Shown here piece by piece: positions 36,211 through 49,363 of a stretch of DNA of 64,000 nucleotides (positions are counted from its first letter, which is position 1; every line of letters starts with the position of its first letter). Made by a program: the position numbers and the translations under genes. Below the pieces are notes generated by a model. That model made no database searches and was not told the DNA's origin. It was given only the letters and a program-made list of their open reading frames with translations. Source of the DNA: Epithemia pelagica (Eukaryota > Protista > Bacillariophyta); NCBI GenBank assembly GCA_946965045.2, contig OX337238.1:1426001-1490000 (forward strand). The letters run 5' to 3'.

Positions 36211-37430
36211 ATGCCCACGACATTGAAAGACCAAGCATGGCAGTCGGGCCTTGTCCTGTTGAACGAGACACCAGAGTGAAATCTAAATGACTGGACTCCT
36301 CTTGTGGGTGGATGGCGTTTGCGTCATGCTTCTGTCGTACATGATCATCCTGATCAGGACATGAACAACCACAACAACAACAACAAGAGACAAACGGTCG
36401 TCGTGTTGGGAGGAATCGACGAAGGATATTATAGTACCAATTCCGTTCTGGTCCTAAATTTATCAGAATTGGACAAACAGTGGCGAGAAGGGCCACCAAT
36501 AAACAAGGCACGTTGTGGACACGCCGCTGTTGTGTGCAACGGAGGCGTCTACGTGATAGGAGGATACCATGACAATGAAGACAATGACGCAACTGCTACT
36601 TTAGGTTTCATGGAAAGAATTGATGCCAACGATATGCTGCAATCATTTTCGACAACAAGAAGCACATATGAGAGCCATTGAACGACATTAAATTGCCGAT
36701 TATCAACGGAACGACAAGGATGTTGTGCTGTTGTGGTTCACAATCGATATATTGTGGTAATGGGTGGAAGGAACAGCGGGCAACACTTATGGTCGGTGGA
36801 TATAATTGATGCCAGTACTCACACTGTCGCTGCAGCGCCATGCATGAACGTTACTCGATAAAATTTTGCCAGTGCGGTCATTGGTCACTGTATCTTAGTC
36901 GCTGGAGGCCAAAACGATGAGGGAAGACATGATTCCGTGGAGTATTTGGACTTCGCGGAGGAGAGGAAAGACGACACTTTGACTACAGTCATTTCCTTCT
37001 CGTCAACATGGATGACTCATTGCTCTCCATTGCACAAGGGTGTTGTGGAATGGTTGCCGTGGGATCTTGTCTGGTTGTGGCGGGAGTAGAATCTCGAAGG
37101 GTGCAAGTCTTGGATACGCACCGCAACCGCATGTGGAATCTCCCGCGATTAAGAAATGATGCTCTAAGCCGTGGTATGGTGGCTGCTGTTGATCGAATTG
37201 CCGTGATTGGTGGATGGGGCTATCCGTCCTGTGGGACATTACCACTTATGGATAGGAATTCGTGGTGTTTTCGTCAACTCTGTCAGCAGCAACCCAGCGG
37301 ATGGTATCATTTTCGGGAAGGAATGGATACCCAACATGGTGATATTTTACCCTTGTCCAAATCGACCTCAGCTCGTAAACGCGCAAGGCCCAATACGCTC
37401 CGTGGTGATGAAGGGAAGGATGAAGCCTAG
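36211..37430 (+). pseudogene. Kelch-repeat pseudogene, unit 5
   Basis: Copy with an extra TCA>TAA at 36859-36861. Confidence 0.85.
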
Positions 37431-38792
37431 ACGTTTTGTTTAAGTCGTTGACTTGTTTTCAATGTTCGATTGCAATCGTAGAACCTAGTAAGTGGCTACT
37501 CAAAAGAAGAAAGAACACGTTGCAAGATAGAATGTATTTGTTTGTTATCAAAGGCGTGGAAGGAATGACCCAGCTTTGTGTGTCTACAAGTGGTACTGCG
37601 CTTTGGTGGCCTTACCTGTGGTGACCTGACAGTTGTGGGACAGAGCCACCACCGTGGTGGTGCGGGTCGTGAGACAAGAATCGGGGGCGTTGTGGTGGCA
37701 CTTTGCAGGACAAAGTCATTGTCCAAACACAGAGTCATTGTCCATGGATCGGTAGACGCCAGAATCCGACAGTGGTGGTGAATTCCAGAAAGGAAGAGTT
37801 TTGTATAAATGTCGTAGTCAAGGACAATCCGCCATTTTGTGTCCATTACGATTTTGCAGGAGTGCCGAGTTCTATTCTTGTTCGTGACAGGGCAGTTCCA
37901 TACCTGTTTCTAGACATGGTGGTTGCTAGGATTGTCATGGGGGTTCCGTCCTGTCGTTTCTTGGTGGCATGTGATGCTGCTGCTACGACACAAGTTTTGC
38001 TGTTGACCACGACCAATCATCTGTCATACCACCCAAACAATATATACTGGAAGACGGTGGAGGAAGACACTCCGCAGTGGTCGGTAGCGGTAGTATTGGT
38101 GGACTTTGTGTCTACTGGGTTAAGTCAGAACTTCTTTCCGCCACATATGGGTGGGGCGACGCCAATGCGGAACCGGGGGAATATTGTGGTGGGGGATAGG
38201 TGGTCCCGGTCGCTTTGGCAAAGCAGTCCCATTTCGCATCATCCTTCACAATGGCATTCCAGTCCAAGCGGGGAAAGGATTTGGTCATGTACTCTTTGAT
38301 TTCCGGTCCCGTGGTGAGGGACCAGATTTTGTGATTGGGTCGCGTAATGATATTGGCCGGTCGAATCAAAGTGGGATCCTTGACGTGCAAGAGTCCCAAA
38401 CTCAACCCTTGGTCGCCGGTATTGACGGATCGAAATCGAATGACAGAGGTCATAAGTATTAATCGAGCATTATACGTTATATGCATGGAATACTGAATTC
38501 TGTGACGCCGCAGAGTGTGTTGGCGCAAGTAGCAAAGGTTTTTCTTTCAATTACGAGTATCATACAAGATAACGAATTGAAGATGCCTTCTTCAAGAATG
38601 CTGCACTGCGGAATGGTACTCCTAGATATAAAACTAATAGTAGCAACAGAACCCAATCCAACTACTCTAGTGGCACTATTGCATCTAGCATATCCCCCCT
38701 TGCCAATACATGTTCCGAGTCGACGGGTCGATTTCCCCCGTTTCCGTCAGGATGGGTTTGTTGGGTTCTACCCATCAAAGATTTTTCAAGAA

Positions 38793-41162
38793 TCATGCAT
38801 TGTTGAGAATTGAACCGGCCGTCTTCAAAAATTTTGCACTGCGCTCATTCCGGACGGTCAAGTTCAAGGCTCTCAACGATTTCATGGTTTGCTCGCGACG
38901 ATCTAAAAAGCACGTAGTATCAGGGTTTCGCTCATAGAACCCTTGCCAAGGAATCGGCACACCTGTGCTCAAGGCACAAATGGTAAACAGCAATGATGCG
39001 GTATCGTGTTTCGGCATGGGACGCCAAGCCGTCCTGTTCCGCTTTTGGTGCACTTCTCGATGGGCAAATGCAAGGCTGCCTCGAAAACCCATGGCTTTTT
39101 CACCAACCCCATAAACTGAGCAACCCCAGTCAATGAGGACAAACTTTTTACATTTTTTGTCAAAAATGATGTTTCGAGCACAGACATCCAAATGGAAGAC
39201 ATTCCGTCCATGCGCAAAGTCCAAAGCAGACTGGATATCTGTGTATAGGCACTGCAGTTGCTCCTTATCAAGCTTGCCGTTCACGAGGGATCCTTTTGGT
39301 GAGAACGTGAAGGCAGGGACGTTGATCGTAGTTCCTCGAATCGTGTAGCAGATGCTTCCGAAGTCTTTAAGCACTGGAATCGACGGTCGATCGGAGTCAG
39401 GTTTTTCGTTAAGAGCCCTCAGAGCTCTCAGCTCCCTTTCGATGTATTGAACCTCCCCCACGACGGAAGATTTCACTACGAAGTTCTCATTTTTTGTTCC
39501 TCTGTTTTCCACCTCCTTTCCTTGGTACACAATCCCATGCGTTCCGTATCCAATGACATCATGAAGTTCTAGCGGCTGTACCTGTGCAACATGTGTAGAT
39601 TGATTGTGCACATGGTAGGTGGCATTTGCTGCCGAGTCTCCACCGAAGAACTGCAACCCAAGAACTTTGTCGTCTGAACAAACCAGTCTGAACAGCTCCT
39701 GCATCCCGACCGGCACAGACGTATTGTTGGCAGGAAAAGGACAAGAGGCATTTCTCGTTAGATATTTTTGGTCGCCTTCTTTTGTGACAAACTTCTTCAA
39801 GGCAACTTCCGAAACCAAGGGGAGAATTCCAGATCGCTCGACATCCAGGGACACGTCGCCGGTGTCCATTCCTGACAAGGTCATTGTTATCACCTCCAAA
39901 TAAACCGGAGTGATAGCCAGAGCAATGGACTTGAGATTAATACCCACTCCACCAAGATTGAAGGCAACAAGAGTCCGCTTCGCCAGATGACCTACGCATT
40001 GATGAATGGCCTCCTTATGTGTGTCTTGGGGTTTTTTCGTCCCGCGTCTAACGTTTTTGGCTTCCACAAGTAATGACATTTCATGAGCAAGAAGATAAGG
40101 ATTGAAAGCCATGAGCTGATTGACTTCATAGTCCACAAATCGCTTGGTACCATAACTACCCGTTTTTGGAATATAGCGCTCCTTTCGCACATCGGATCGA
40201 ACCGCCGGCTCCAATGTGTATTTGACACGCTCCTGTTGCCATGCCGGCACCGCTGCTGCTGGCACCGCGACATCCTGCTCGATTCCGTCTTCCTCGTCCG
40301 CCGTATTCTCGGCAGTGCCGATGAGTGACAAGGCTCGAAACAGACACGCTAGGATAGGCTGTACCGCATTCTTCTCCGCTGATGAGTAGGATGGAAACGT
40401 GCATTTGCATTTCTTGTCTGCCGCCTGAGTGTTCCATCCGAGAATGTGGCTGACAGTCCTGCTGATTTGTGCGCTTGTTGGGTTCTCGTTGATATTTGAC
40501 TGTTTCATGGTGTCATTCCAAAAGGAGGCAAACTTAAGCAAATTTGCAGGTTGCGTGTCTTGTTTCGGAGGGGCTTTAACAGCGGCGAGATGTTTTTCGG
40601 CCATCTGTTGTTTACTGCCAGGGCTGTTGATGTGAACACCCCTCATCATGTACTCAAAATGCTCTTTGGTGCAGTCATCCTCGGTTGCAATGACGGCTGA
40701 GTTTATCTCTGTTTTGTTTGCAAAATCAGCCATGGTCTTGAGGTCGTCGCTCACTCCTGAGAACTTCTTCATGGTCGTTTCTAGTGGCTCGGCAACGTCG
40801 TTAAACAGAAAAAGATGTAAAGCCCAATAATCAGGGTAACCATCATCACTTGAAAAACTTTGCAACTTTTGGATATGCAAATTGGGGAACCGAGCTTTTA
40901 GACTGTTTAGATTTCTCCCCGAGAGGAACTCCTCGAGACTTGTTCTTTGTCCTTCGTCCACCTCGTTTCGTCCAGATGCAAGTCCAGAAACCACGCGAAG
41001 GTGAAGGCGGACTTCCGCATATATGTTTTGTATTTCAGTGATTGTTGTTTCTTTTGCATGGAAGGTACGCAAGTGGCGTGTCACAGAATCCATGTCCGAG
41101 TATTCTTCGCGATCCCCGAGATGATCTTTCTTGCGCTTTCTGGTACGACGGAAACTTGCCAT
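38793..41162 (-). CDS. Nuclease-kinase fusion, unit 5 (S59, N286, N788)
   Basis: Intact 789-aa ORF. Confidence 0.9.
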   Translation of the reverse strand: MASFRRTRKRKKDHLGDREEYSDMDSVTRHLRTFHAKETTITEIQNIYAEVRLHLRVVSGLASGRNEVDEGQRTSLEEFLSGRNLNSLKARFPNLHIQKLQSFSSDDGYPDYWALHLFLFNDVAEPLETTMKKFSGVSDDLKTMADFANKTEINSAVIATEDDCTKEHFEYMMRGVHINSPGSKQQMAEKHLAAVKAPPKQDTQPANLLKFASFWNDTMKQSNINENPTSAQISRTVSHILGWNTQAADKKCKCTFPSYSSAEKNAVQPILACLFRALSLIGTAENTADEEDGIEQDVAVPAAAVPAWQQERVKYTLEPAVRSDVRKERYIPKTGSYGTKRFVDYEVNQLMAFNPYLLAHEMSLLVEAKNVRRGTKKPQDTHKEAIHQCVGHLAKRTLVAFNLGGVGINLKSIALAITPVYLEVITMTLSGMDTGDVSLDVERSGILPLVSEVALKKFVTKEGDQKYLTRNASCPFPANNTSVPVGMQELFRLVCSDDKVLGLQFFGGDSAANATYHVHNQSTHVAQVQPLELHDVIGYGTHGIVYQGKEVENRGTKNENFVVKSSVVGEVQYIERELRALRALNEKPDSDRPSIPVLKDFGSICYTIRGTTINVPAFTFSPKGSLVNGKLDKEQLQCLYTDIQSALDFAHGRNVFHLDVCARNIIFDKKCKKFVLIDWGCSVYGVGEKAMGFRGSLAFAHREVHQKRNRTAWRPMPKHDTASLLFTICALSTGVPIPWQGFYERNPDTTCFLDRREQTMKSLRALNLTVRNERSAKFLKTAGSILNNA

Positions 41163-44100
41163 TGTTGCTCTCGTGTCCTGACCAATCTGCTGTGTCGTTT
41201 ATGACAACCCAACGCCACCACCCAACCCCCCCAACTAGTCCACCCCCAACTCCTCCACCCCCCAAAGAAATCTTGGTGTCTTCTCCGTTGCGCTCGTCGT
41301 TCGCCGTCGTTCGTGGGTAGAGGTACCCCCTAGCATAAGGGGGTCTCCAGGTTAATCGTACTCAGATTACACCCATACCCATTCACGAGCAGGACTCACG
41401 CCTCTGCTAGGGGTAATGGCATGGCCGGCGTGGTGGTTGACACGCGTCGTCGTGATGATATGGAGTGTGTGGGCAGGTGCGTGCACCCGGGATTCCCTGA
41501 TACGACTCCAATTCAGGAATACAACGTCACCCAGACCCGGGTTTTTCTTTCATGTTCGACGAGAAATTCTATCGGAGCTCTAGCTAACCTTACGCCTCAT
41601 CCCAGCTCTAGAGCAATATCCTCCGAAACTCTATCTGGCACTCTCTATTCTACCTCCATACTTACCCCCAAGCGGAAGGGCGAGCGAGAATTCAGTGCGC
41701 ATTCTCATACTCACCCCCAAGGCGCGATCCGCAAAATCGGCGATTTTCGCCGTCTTTGACAAAAAATCACAACAACAACAACGCAATCACTACGATACGG
41801 ATCTTGTTGCGGTTGTTACAACACCCATGGGCCCTCCCCATCCGACCCGAGTTGTTCGCCCTGTCCATAGCAACCCAAGGGACCATCCTGGCGTGGAAAC
41901 CGACCACTCCGACCTGCTGATTCCAGTTACATCTCAGTACCAAGACACTGCAATGGGAAGCAACAACAACCCGAATGAAAACCATCCATCCAACACCCTC
42001 CCAATCCCACCCGTGTTGTTGATACTATCTCTACCCACCTCATGGACCGTCCTGGCCTGGAAACCAACCCGTCAGCGCTACACGAGGCCATCAACTCCGC
42101 TTTCCGTTGTTAGGATTCTCACCAAAAACTAGGTGGCAAAACCTAAGGTACAACTCTCATCAAATGATGCTAGTATTTTATGGCATCCGTGTTAGAATTC
42201 TCACCGTCTATGGTGGTTAGATTCTACATCTCATCGATTCCCCATGTCACATAGCCTCATGCTATCGCATCATGCCATCTAGCTTCGAGCTATGTTCCCT
42301 AGCTTCGCGCTATATCGACCTATATTTCTTCGCAAATCATGAAAAGTAAGAATAGATTGACGAACTCACTCTCAAGACTAAACTGGGTCGTGCGGTATTA
42401 CAACGGACGTAAATTTGGCCGTTGCTCGGACATTATACTAACGCCCTAAGCGTACGCGCCCGAAATCATCGAGCGCGCCCAAGCGACATCCGATGGCCTT
42501 GATACTACTCCCAGCTAAAAGCTAAAGGTATAAGGTGGAATTCGAACTTCGAACCCCAGGAACGTACGTCATTCCCTTCCTCCAAGTCTAGGCACTGTGG
42601 TCAACGAGTTTTGTGTTGTGAGAATGATTCACCTGTGGTGAGAAACCTAACAACAACGACTGTGCGAGTTCCTGGAATGGTATCATGACCAACGCGCATG
42701 TCAAACGCTGAACCGAAAACGCCACCACGTAGAAGGTCTAACGCAGTGGGATACTTGGTTGGTCATGAGAACTACCAGCACACGTCTCGATGGCATGTCA
42801 TGGAGCGATTCATCGTCCAGTTACGTTCATCGATGGTCCTCTCCGGGGAGAAACCATTGCTGCGCAAGGGTACCAACTTAGTAGAATTCCGTCAGTACAC
42901 GCTCTAGAAGAGCCACAATCGATTACCAACTGATACCAAGGTTCTCCACGGGTCAGAGAACAAAGGAAACCCAAGGGTTCTATCGTAGGGATAGTCAGGA
43001 CACTGAAGACTTGATGATATGGTAATGTTAATGATTGTGAGCTTACTACTAGGTTTGGTGTGTGAGGTTTCCATTCTTGTTGTCGATCGTGTGAAATAGG
43101 TTCTTGGCGGTGATAGGACTGGAATGGTTGGAGTTGATGTATGTGAGGTATATAACATGTATATGTGCTTGTATATCATATACAGCCTCAACGATTCTTG
43201 GCTAAAGTTGGTATATGTAGTTTTGTTGGCGCGTCCTTGTTCGCAATCTTGAAATAGTGGGAACGATGATATGGTCCCGTGTGATCGTGATTCGTGCCTT
43301 GTGTACTTAGACCGTTGGGTCGGATACATGATCGCCACGCTCTGATAGTTCTTGCGCGCATCTTGACGAATTTGGGCGCGCACGCTTAGGGCATAGGTCA
43401 GGCTCGGATGTTCAACCGATGATCATCCGTTGATGGGATATCAAGACCAAAGTTGATTCTTGATAGCACGTTTGTCAATCTGTTCTCACTTTTTGGTATA
43501 TGCGACCGAAATATAGGTTGAGCTAGCGCAAAGCTAGGTATGTAGTGTGGATGTAGGTGATGTAGGTGATGTTTGAAGCCACGGGACTCGACTAACCGAT
43601 GAGGTGCCGAACCTAACCGATGATTTTCGGTGAGAGTTCTACTACAACTGATTTGGAGGATGCCATTGTCGTACCAAAACTACATTTGGTGTGGAGACGT
43701 GTAGTGCGCGCAAGCCGATGGAGCTCACGCAGAAGCGTAGTTGGACATGCCTCTGTTGTATTCGACCGAGGGCAGTTCCGCTACCGTGGTGCATGTCTCT
43801 CTCGTTTGCCCTTGCACGGGCATAGAGGTGGACGGCGATACATGGTTTTCACGGTTTGTGGAGGACACACAATGTGAAGAGTCGAATACGATTTCACTCT
43901 TGTGGGGAAATTCCCTTGAGCAGAGTGGTCCTTCTACTACAGTAGAGCGAGTCAAGAAGTGTTGGGAACAAAGCGTACCCTTTCACCACGAGACTCGGGT
44001 CATAGGTTATCAAGGTAGGTAGTTGATTCCTAGTTGAGAGCCAACAATTTTCCACCTCCCAATTGGTCGAGCAAATCCACAGATCCTCGATTGAATATAA

Positions 44101-44411
44101 AATGTCCTTTCCAAAGACCGAATCTGGTATCATGTGTCGCTCACAGTTTCAGTACACAGCAAATAGGGAGTACACAGCAACCTGGAATGCTACCTCTCTT
44201 CCTCTTTCGTTTTGCCACGCAGTCTCGTCGTGTATCGCCTACAGCGAAAGATACTTCTTGGGGCTTGTCATGTAGTCTATGTGCGATTGACTCACCTGCA
44301 CCATCGTACGCATGACAGGCACACCTTGCTCTTCCACGCGTTGCTGTCTATTAGATTGTACAGACTCTCTCGTGCTGCCATTTCTTGTCGACGTTGTAAA
44401 GCGCCGTGACC

Positions 44412-45631
44412 ATGCCCACGACATTGAAAGACCAAGCATGGCAGTCGGGCCTTGTCCTGTTGAACGAGACACCAGAGTGAAATCTAAATGACTGGACTCC
44501 TCTTGTGGGTGGATGGCGTTTGCGTCATGCTTCTGTCGTACATGATCATCCTGATCAGGACATGAACAACCACAACAACAACAACAAGAGACAAACGGTC
44601 GTCGTGTTGGGAGGAATCGACGAAGGATATTATAGTACCAATTCCGTTCTGGTCCTAAATTTATCAGAATTGGACAAACAGTGGCGAGAAGGGCCACCAA
44701 TAAACAAGGCACGTTGTGGACACGCCGCTGTTGTGTGCAACGGAGGCGTCTACGTGATAGGAGGATACCATGACAATGAAGACAATGACGCAACTGCTAC
44801 TTTAGGTTTCATGGAAAGAATTGATGCCAACGATATGCTGCAATCATTTTCGACAACAAGAAGCACATATGAGAGCCATTGAACGACATTAAATTGCCGA
44901 TTATCAACGGAACGACAAGGATGTTGTGCTGTTGTGGTTCACAATCGATATATTGTGGTAATGGGTGGAAGGAACAGCGGGCAACACTTATGGTCGGTGG
45001 ATATAATTGATGCCAGTACTCACACTGTCGCTGCAGCGCCATGCATGAACGTTACTCGATCAAATTTTGCCAGTGCGGTCATTGGTCACTGTATCTTAGT
45101 CGCTGGAGGCCAAAACGATGAGGGAAGACATGATTCCGTGGAGTATTTGGACTTTGCGGAGGAGAGGAAAGACGACTTTTTGACTACAGTCATTTCCTTC
45201 TCGTCAACATGGATGACTCATTGCTCTCCATTGCACAAGGGTGTTGTGGAATGGTTGCCGTGGGATCTTGTCTGGTTGTGGCGGGAGTAGAATCTCGAAG
45301 GGTGCAAGTCTTGGATACGCACCGCAACCGCATGTGGAATCTCCCGCGATTAAGAAATGATGCTCTAAGCCGTGGTATGGTGGCTGCTGTTGATCGAATT
45401 GCCGTGATTGGTGGATGGGGCTATCCGTCCTGTGGGACATTACCACTTATGGATAGGAATTCGTTGTGTTTTCGTCAACTCTGTCAGCAGCAACCCAGCG
45501 GATAGTATCATTTTCGGGAAGGAATGGATACCCAACATGGTGATATTTTACCCTTGTCCAAATCGACCTCAGCTCGTAAACGCGCAAGGCCCAATACGCT
45601 CCGTGGTGATGAAGGGAAGGATGAAGCCTAG
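44412..45631 (+). pseudogene. Kelch-repeat pseudogene, unit 6
   Basis: Copy with an extra TGG>TAG at 45503-45505. Confidence 0.85.
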
Positions 45632-46993
45632 ACGTTTTGTTTAAGTCGTTGACTTGTTTTCAATGTTCGATTGCAATCGTAGAACCTAGTAAGTGGCTAC
45701 TCAAAAGAAGAAAGAACACGTTGCAAGATAGAATGTATTTGTTTGTTATCAAAGGCGTGGAAGGAATGACCCAGCTTTGTGTGTCTACAAGTGGTACTGC
45801 GCTTTGGTGGCCTTACCTGTGGTGACCTGACAGTTGTGGGACAGAGCCACCACCGTGGTGGTGCGGGTCGTGAGACAAGAATCGGGGGCGTTGTGGTGGC
45901 ACTTTGCAGGACAAAGTCATTGTCCAAACACAGAGTCATTGTCCATGGATCGGTAGACGCCAGAATCCGACAGTGGTGGTGAATTCCAGAAAGGAAGAGT
46001 TTTGTATAAATGTCGTAGTCAAGGACAATCCGCCATTTTGTGTCCATTACGATTTTGCAGGAGTGCCGAGTTCTATTCTTGTTCGTGACAGGGCAGTTCC
46101 ATACCTGTTTCTAGACATGGTGGTTGCTAGGATTGTCATGGGGGTTCCGTCCTGTCGTTTCTTGGTGGCATGTGATGCTGCTGCTACGACACAAGTTTTG
46201 CTGTTGACCACGACCAATCATCTGTCATACCACCCAAACAATATATACTGGAAGACGGTGGAGGAAGACACTCCGCAGTGGTCGGTAGCGGTAGTATTGG
46301 TGGACTTTGTGTCTACTGGGTTAAGTCAGAACTTCTTTCCGCCACATATGGGTGGGGCGACGCCAATGCGGAACCGGGGGAATATTGTGGTGGGGGATAG
46401 GTGGTCCCGGTCGCTTTGGCAAAGCAGTCCCATTTCGCATCATCCTTCACAATGGCATTCCAGTCCAAGCGGGGAAAGGATTTGGTCATGTACTCTTTGA
46501 TTTCCGGTCCCGTGGTGAGGGACCAGATTTTGTGATTGGGTCGCGTAATGATATTGGCCGGTCGAATCAAAGTGGGATCCTTGACGTGCAAGAGTCCCAA
46601 ACTCAACCCTTGGTCGCCGGTATTGACGGATCGAAATCGAATGACAGAGGTCATAAGTATTAATCGAGCATTATACGTTATATGCATGGAATACTGAATT
46701 CTGTGACGCCGCAGAGTGTGTTGGCGCAAGTAGCAAAGGTTTTTCTTTCAATTACGAGTATCATACAAGATAACGAATTGAAGATGCCTTCTTCAAGAAT
46801 GCTGCACTGCGGAATGGTACTCCTAGATATAAAACTAATAGTAGCAACAGAACCCAATCCAACTACTCTAGTGGCACTATTGCATCTAGCATATCCCCCC
46901 TTGCCAATACATGTTCCGAGTCGACGGGTCGATTTCCCCCGTTTCCGTCAGGATGGGTTTGTTGGGTTCTACCCATCAAAGATTTTTCAAGAA

Positions 46994-49363
46994 TCATGCA
47001 TTGTTGAGAATTGAACCGGCCGTCTTCAAAAATTTTGCACTGCGCTCATTCCGGACGGTCAAGTTCAAGGCTCTCAACGATTTCATGGTTTGCTCGCGAC
47101 GATCTAAAAAGCACGTAGTATCAGGGTTTCGCTCATAGAACCCTTGCCAAGGAATCGGCACACCTGTGCTCAAGGCACAAATGGTAAACAGCAATGATGC
47201 GGTATCGTGTTTCGGCATGGGACGCCAAGCCGTCCTGTTCCGCTTTTGGTGCACTTCTCGATGGGCAAATGCAAGGCTGCCTCGAAAACCCATGGCTTTT
47301 TCACCAACCCCATAAACTGAGCAACCCCAGTCAATGAGGACAAACTTTTTACATTTTTTGTCAAAAATGATGTTTCGAGCACAGACATCCAAATGGAAGA
47401 CATTCCGTCCATGCGCAAAGTCCAAAGCAGACTGGATATCTGTGTATAGGCACTGCAGTTGCTCCTTATCAAGCTTGCCGTTCACGAGGGATCCTTTTGG
47501 TGAGAACGTGAAGGCAGGGACGTTGATCGTAGTTCCTCGAATCGTGTAGCAGATGCTTCCGAAGTCTTTAAGCACTGGAATCGACGGTCGATCGGAGTCA
47601 GGTTTTTCGTTAAGAGCCCTCAGAGCTCTCAGCTCCCTTTCGATGTATTGAACCTCCCCCACGACGGAAGATTTCACTACGAAGTTCTCATTTTTTGTTC
47701 CTCTGTTTTCCACCTCCTTTCCTTGGTACACAATCCCATGCGTTCCGTATCCAATGACATCATGAAGTTCTAGCGGCTGTACCTGTGCAACATGTGTAGA
47801 TTGATTGTGCACATGGTAGGTGGCATTTGCTGCCGAGTCTCCACCGAAGAACTGCAACCCAAGAACTTTGTCGTCTGAACAAACCAGTCTGAACAGCTCC
47901 TGCATCCCGACCGGCACAGACGTATTGTTGGCAGGAAAAGGACAAGAGGCATTTCTCGTTAGATATTTTTGGTCGCCTTCTTTTGTGACAAACTTCTTCA
48001 AGGCAACTTCCGAAACCAAGGGGAGAATTCCAGATCGCTCGACATCCAGGGACACGTCGCCGGTGTCCATTCCTGACAAGGTCATTGTTATCACCTCCAA
48101 ATAAACCGGAGTGATAGCCAGAGCAATGGACTTGAGATTAATACCCACTCCACCAAGATTGAAGGCAACAAGAGTCCGCTTCGCCAGATGACCTACGCAT
48201 TGATGAATGGCCTCCTTATGTGTGTCTTGGGGTTTTTTCGTCCCGCGTCTAACGTTTTTGGCTTCCACAAGTAATGACATTTCATGAGCAAGAAGATAAG
48301 GATTGAAAGCCATGAGCTGATTGACTTCATAGTCCACAAATCGCTTGGTACCATAACTACCCGTTTTTGGAATATAGCGCTCCTTTCGCACATCGGATCG
48401 AACCGCCGGCTCCAATGTGTATTTGACACGCTCCTGTTGCCATGCCGGCACCGCTGCTGCTGGCACCGCGACATCCTGCTCGATTCCGTCTTCCTCGTCC
48501 GCCGTTTTCTCGGCAGTGCCGATGAGTGACAAGGCTCGAAACAGACACGCTAGGATAGGCTGTACCGCATTCTTCTCCGCTGATGAGTAGGATGGAAACG
48601 TGCATTTGCATTTCTTGTCTGCCGCCTGAGTGTTCCATCCGAGAATGTGGCTGACAGTCCTGCTGATTTGTGCGCTTGTTGGGTTCTCGTTGATATTTGA
48701 CTGTTTCATGGTGTCATTCCAAAAGGAGGCAAACTTAAGCAAATTTGCAGGTTGCGTGTCTTGTTTCGGAGGGGCTTTAACAGCGGCGAGATGTTTTTCG
48801 GCCATCTGTTGTTTACTGCCAGGGCTGTTGATGTGAACACCCCTCATCATGTACTCAAAATGCTCTTTGGTGCAGTCATCCTCGGTTGCAATGACGGCTG
48901 AGTTTATCTCTGTTTTGTTTGCAAAATCAGCCATGGTCTTGAGGTCGTCGCTCACTCCTGAGAACTTCTTCATGGTCGTTTCTAGTGGCTCGGCAACGTC
49001 GTTAAACAGAAAAAGATGTAAAGCCCAATAATCAGGGTAACCATCATCACTTGAAAAACTTTGCAACTTTTGGATATGCAAATTGGGGAACCGAGCTTTT
49101 AGACTGTTTAGATTTCTCCCCGAGAGGAACTCCTCGAGACTTGTTCTTTGTCCTTCGTCCACCTCGTTTCGTCCAGATGCAAGTCCAAAAACCACGCGAA
49201 GGTGAAGGCGGACTTCCGCATATATGTTTTGTATTTCAGTGATTGTTGTTTCTTTTGCATGGAAGGTACGCAAGTGGCGTGTCACAGAATCCATGTCCGA
49301 GTATTCTTCGCGATCCCCGAGATGATCTTTCTTGCGCTTTCTGGTACGACGGAAACTTGCCAT
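46994..49363 (-). CDS. Nuclease-kinase fusion, unit 6 (F59, K286, N788)
   Basis: Intact 789-aa ORF. Confidence 0.9.
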   Translation of the reverse strand: MASFRRTRKRKKDHLGDREEYSDMDSVTRHLRTFHAKETTITEIQNIYAEVRLHLRVVFGLASGRNEVDEGQRTSLEEFLSGRNLNSLKARFPNLHIQKLQSFSSDDGYPDYWALHLFLFNDVAEPLETTMKKFSGVSDDLKTMADFANKTEINSAVIATEDDCTKEHFEYMMRGVHINSPGSKQQMAEKHLAAVKAPPKQDTQPANLLKFASFWNDTMKQSNINENPTSAQISRTVSHILGWNTQAADKKCKCTFPSYSSAEKNAVQPILACLFRALSLIGTAEKTADEEDGIEQDVAVPAAAVPAWQQERVKYTLEPAVRSDVRKERYIPKTGSYGTKRFVDYEVNQLMAFNPYLLAHEMSLLVEAKNVRRGTKKPQDTHKEAIHQCVGHLAKRTLVAFNLGGVGINLKSIALAITPVYLEVITMTLSGMDTGDVSLDVERSGILPLVSEVALKKFVTKEGDQKYLTRNASCPFPANNTSVPVGMQELFRLVCSDDKVLGLQFFGGDSAANATYHVHNQSTHVAQVQPLELHDVIGYGTHGIVYQGKEVENRGTKNENFVVKSSVVGEVQYIERELRALRALNEKPDSDRPSIPVLKDFGSICYTIRGTTINVPAFTFSPKGSLVNGKLDKEQLQCLYTDIQSALDFAHGRNVFHLDVCARNIIFDKKCKKFVLIDWGCSVYGVGEKAMGFRGSLAFAHREVHQKRNRTAWRPMPKHDTASLLFTICALSTGVPIPWQGFYERNPDTTCFLDRREQTMKSLRALNLTVRNERSAKFLKTAGSILNNA

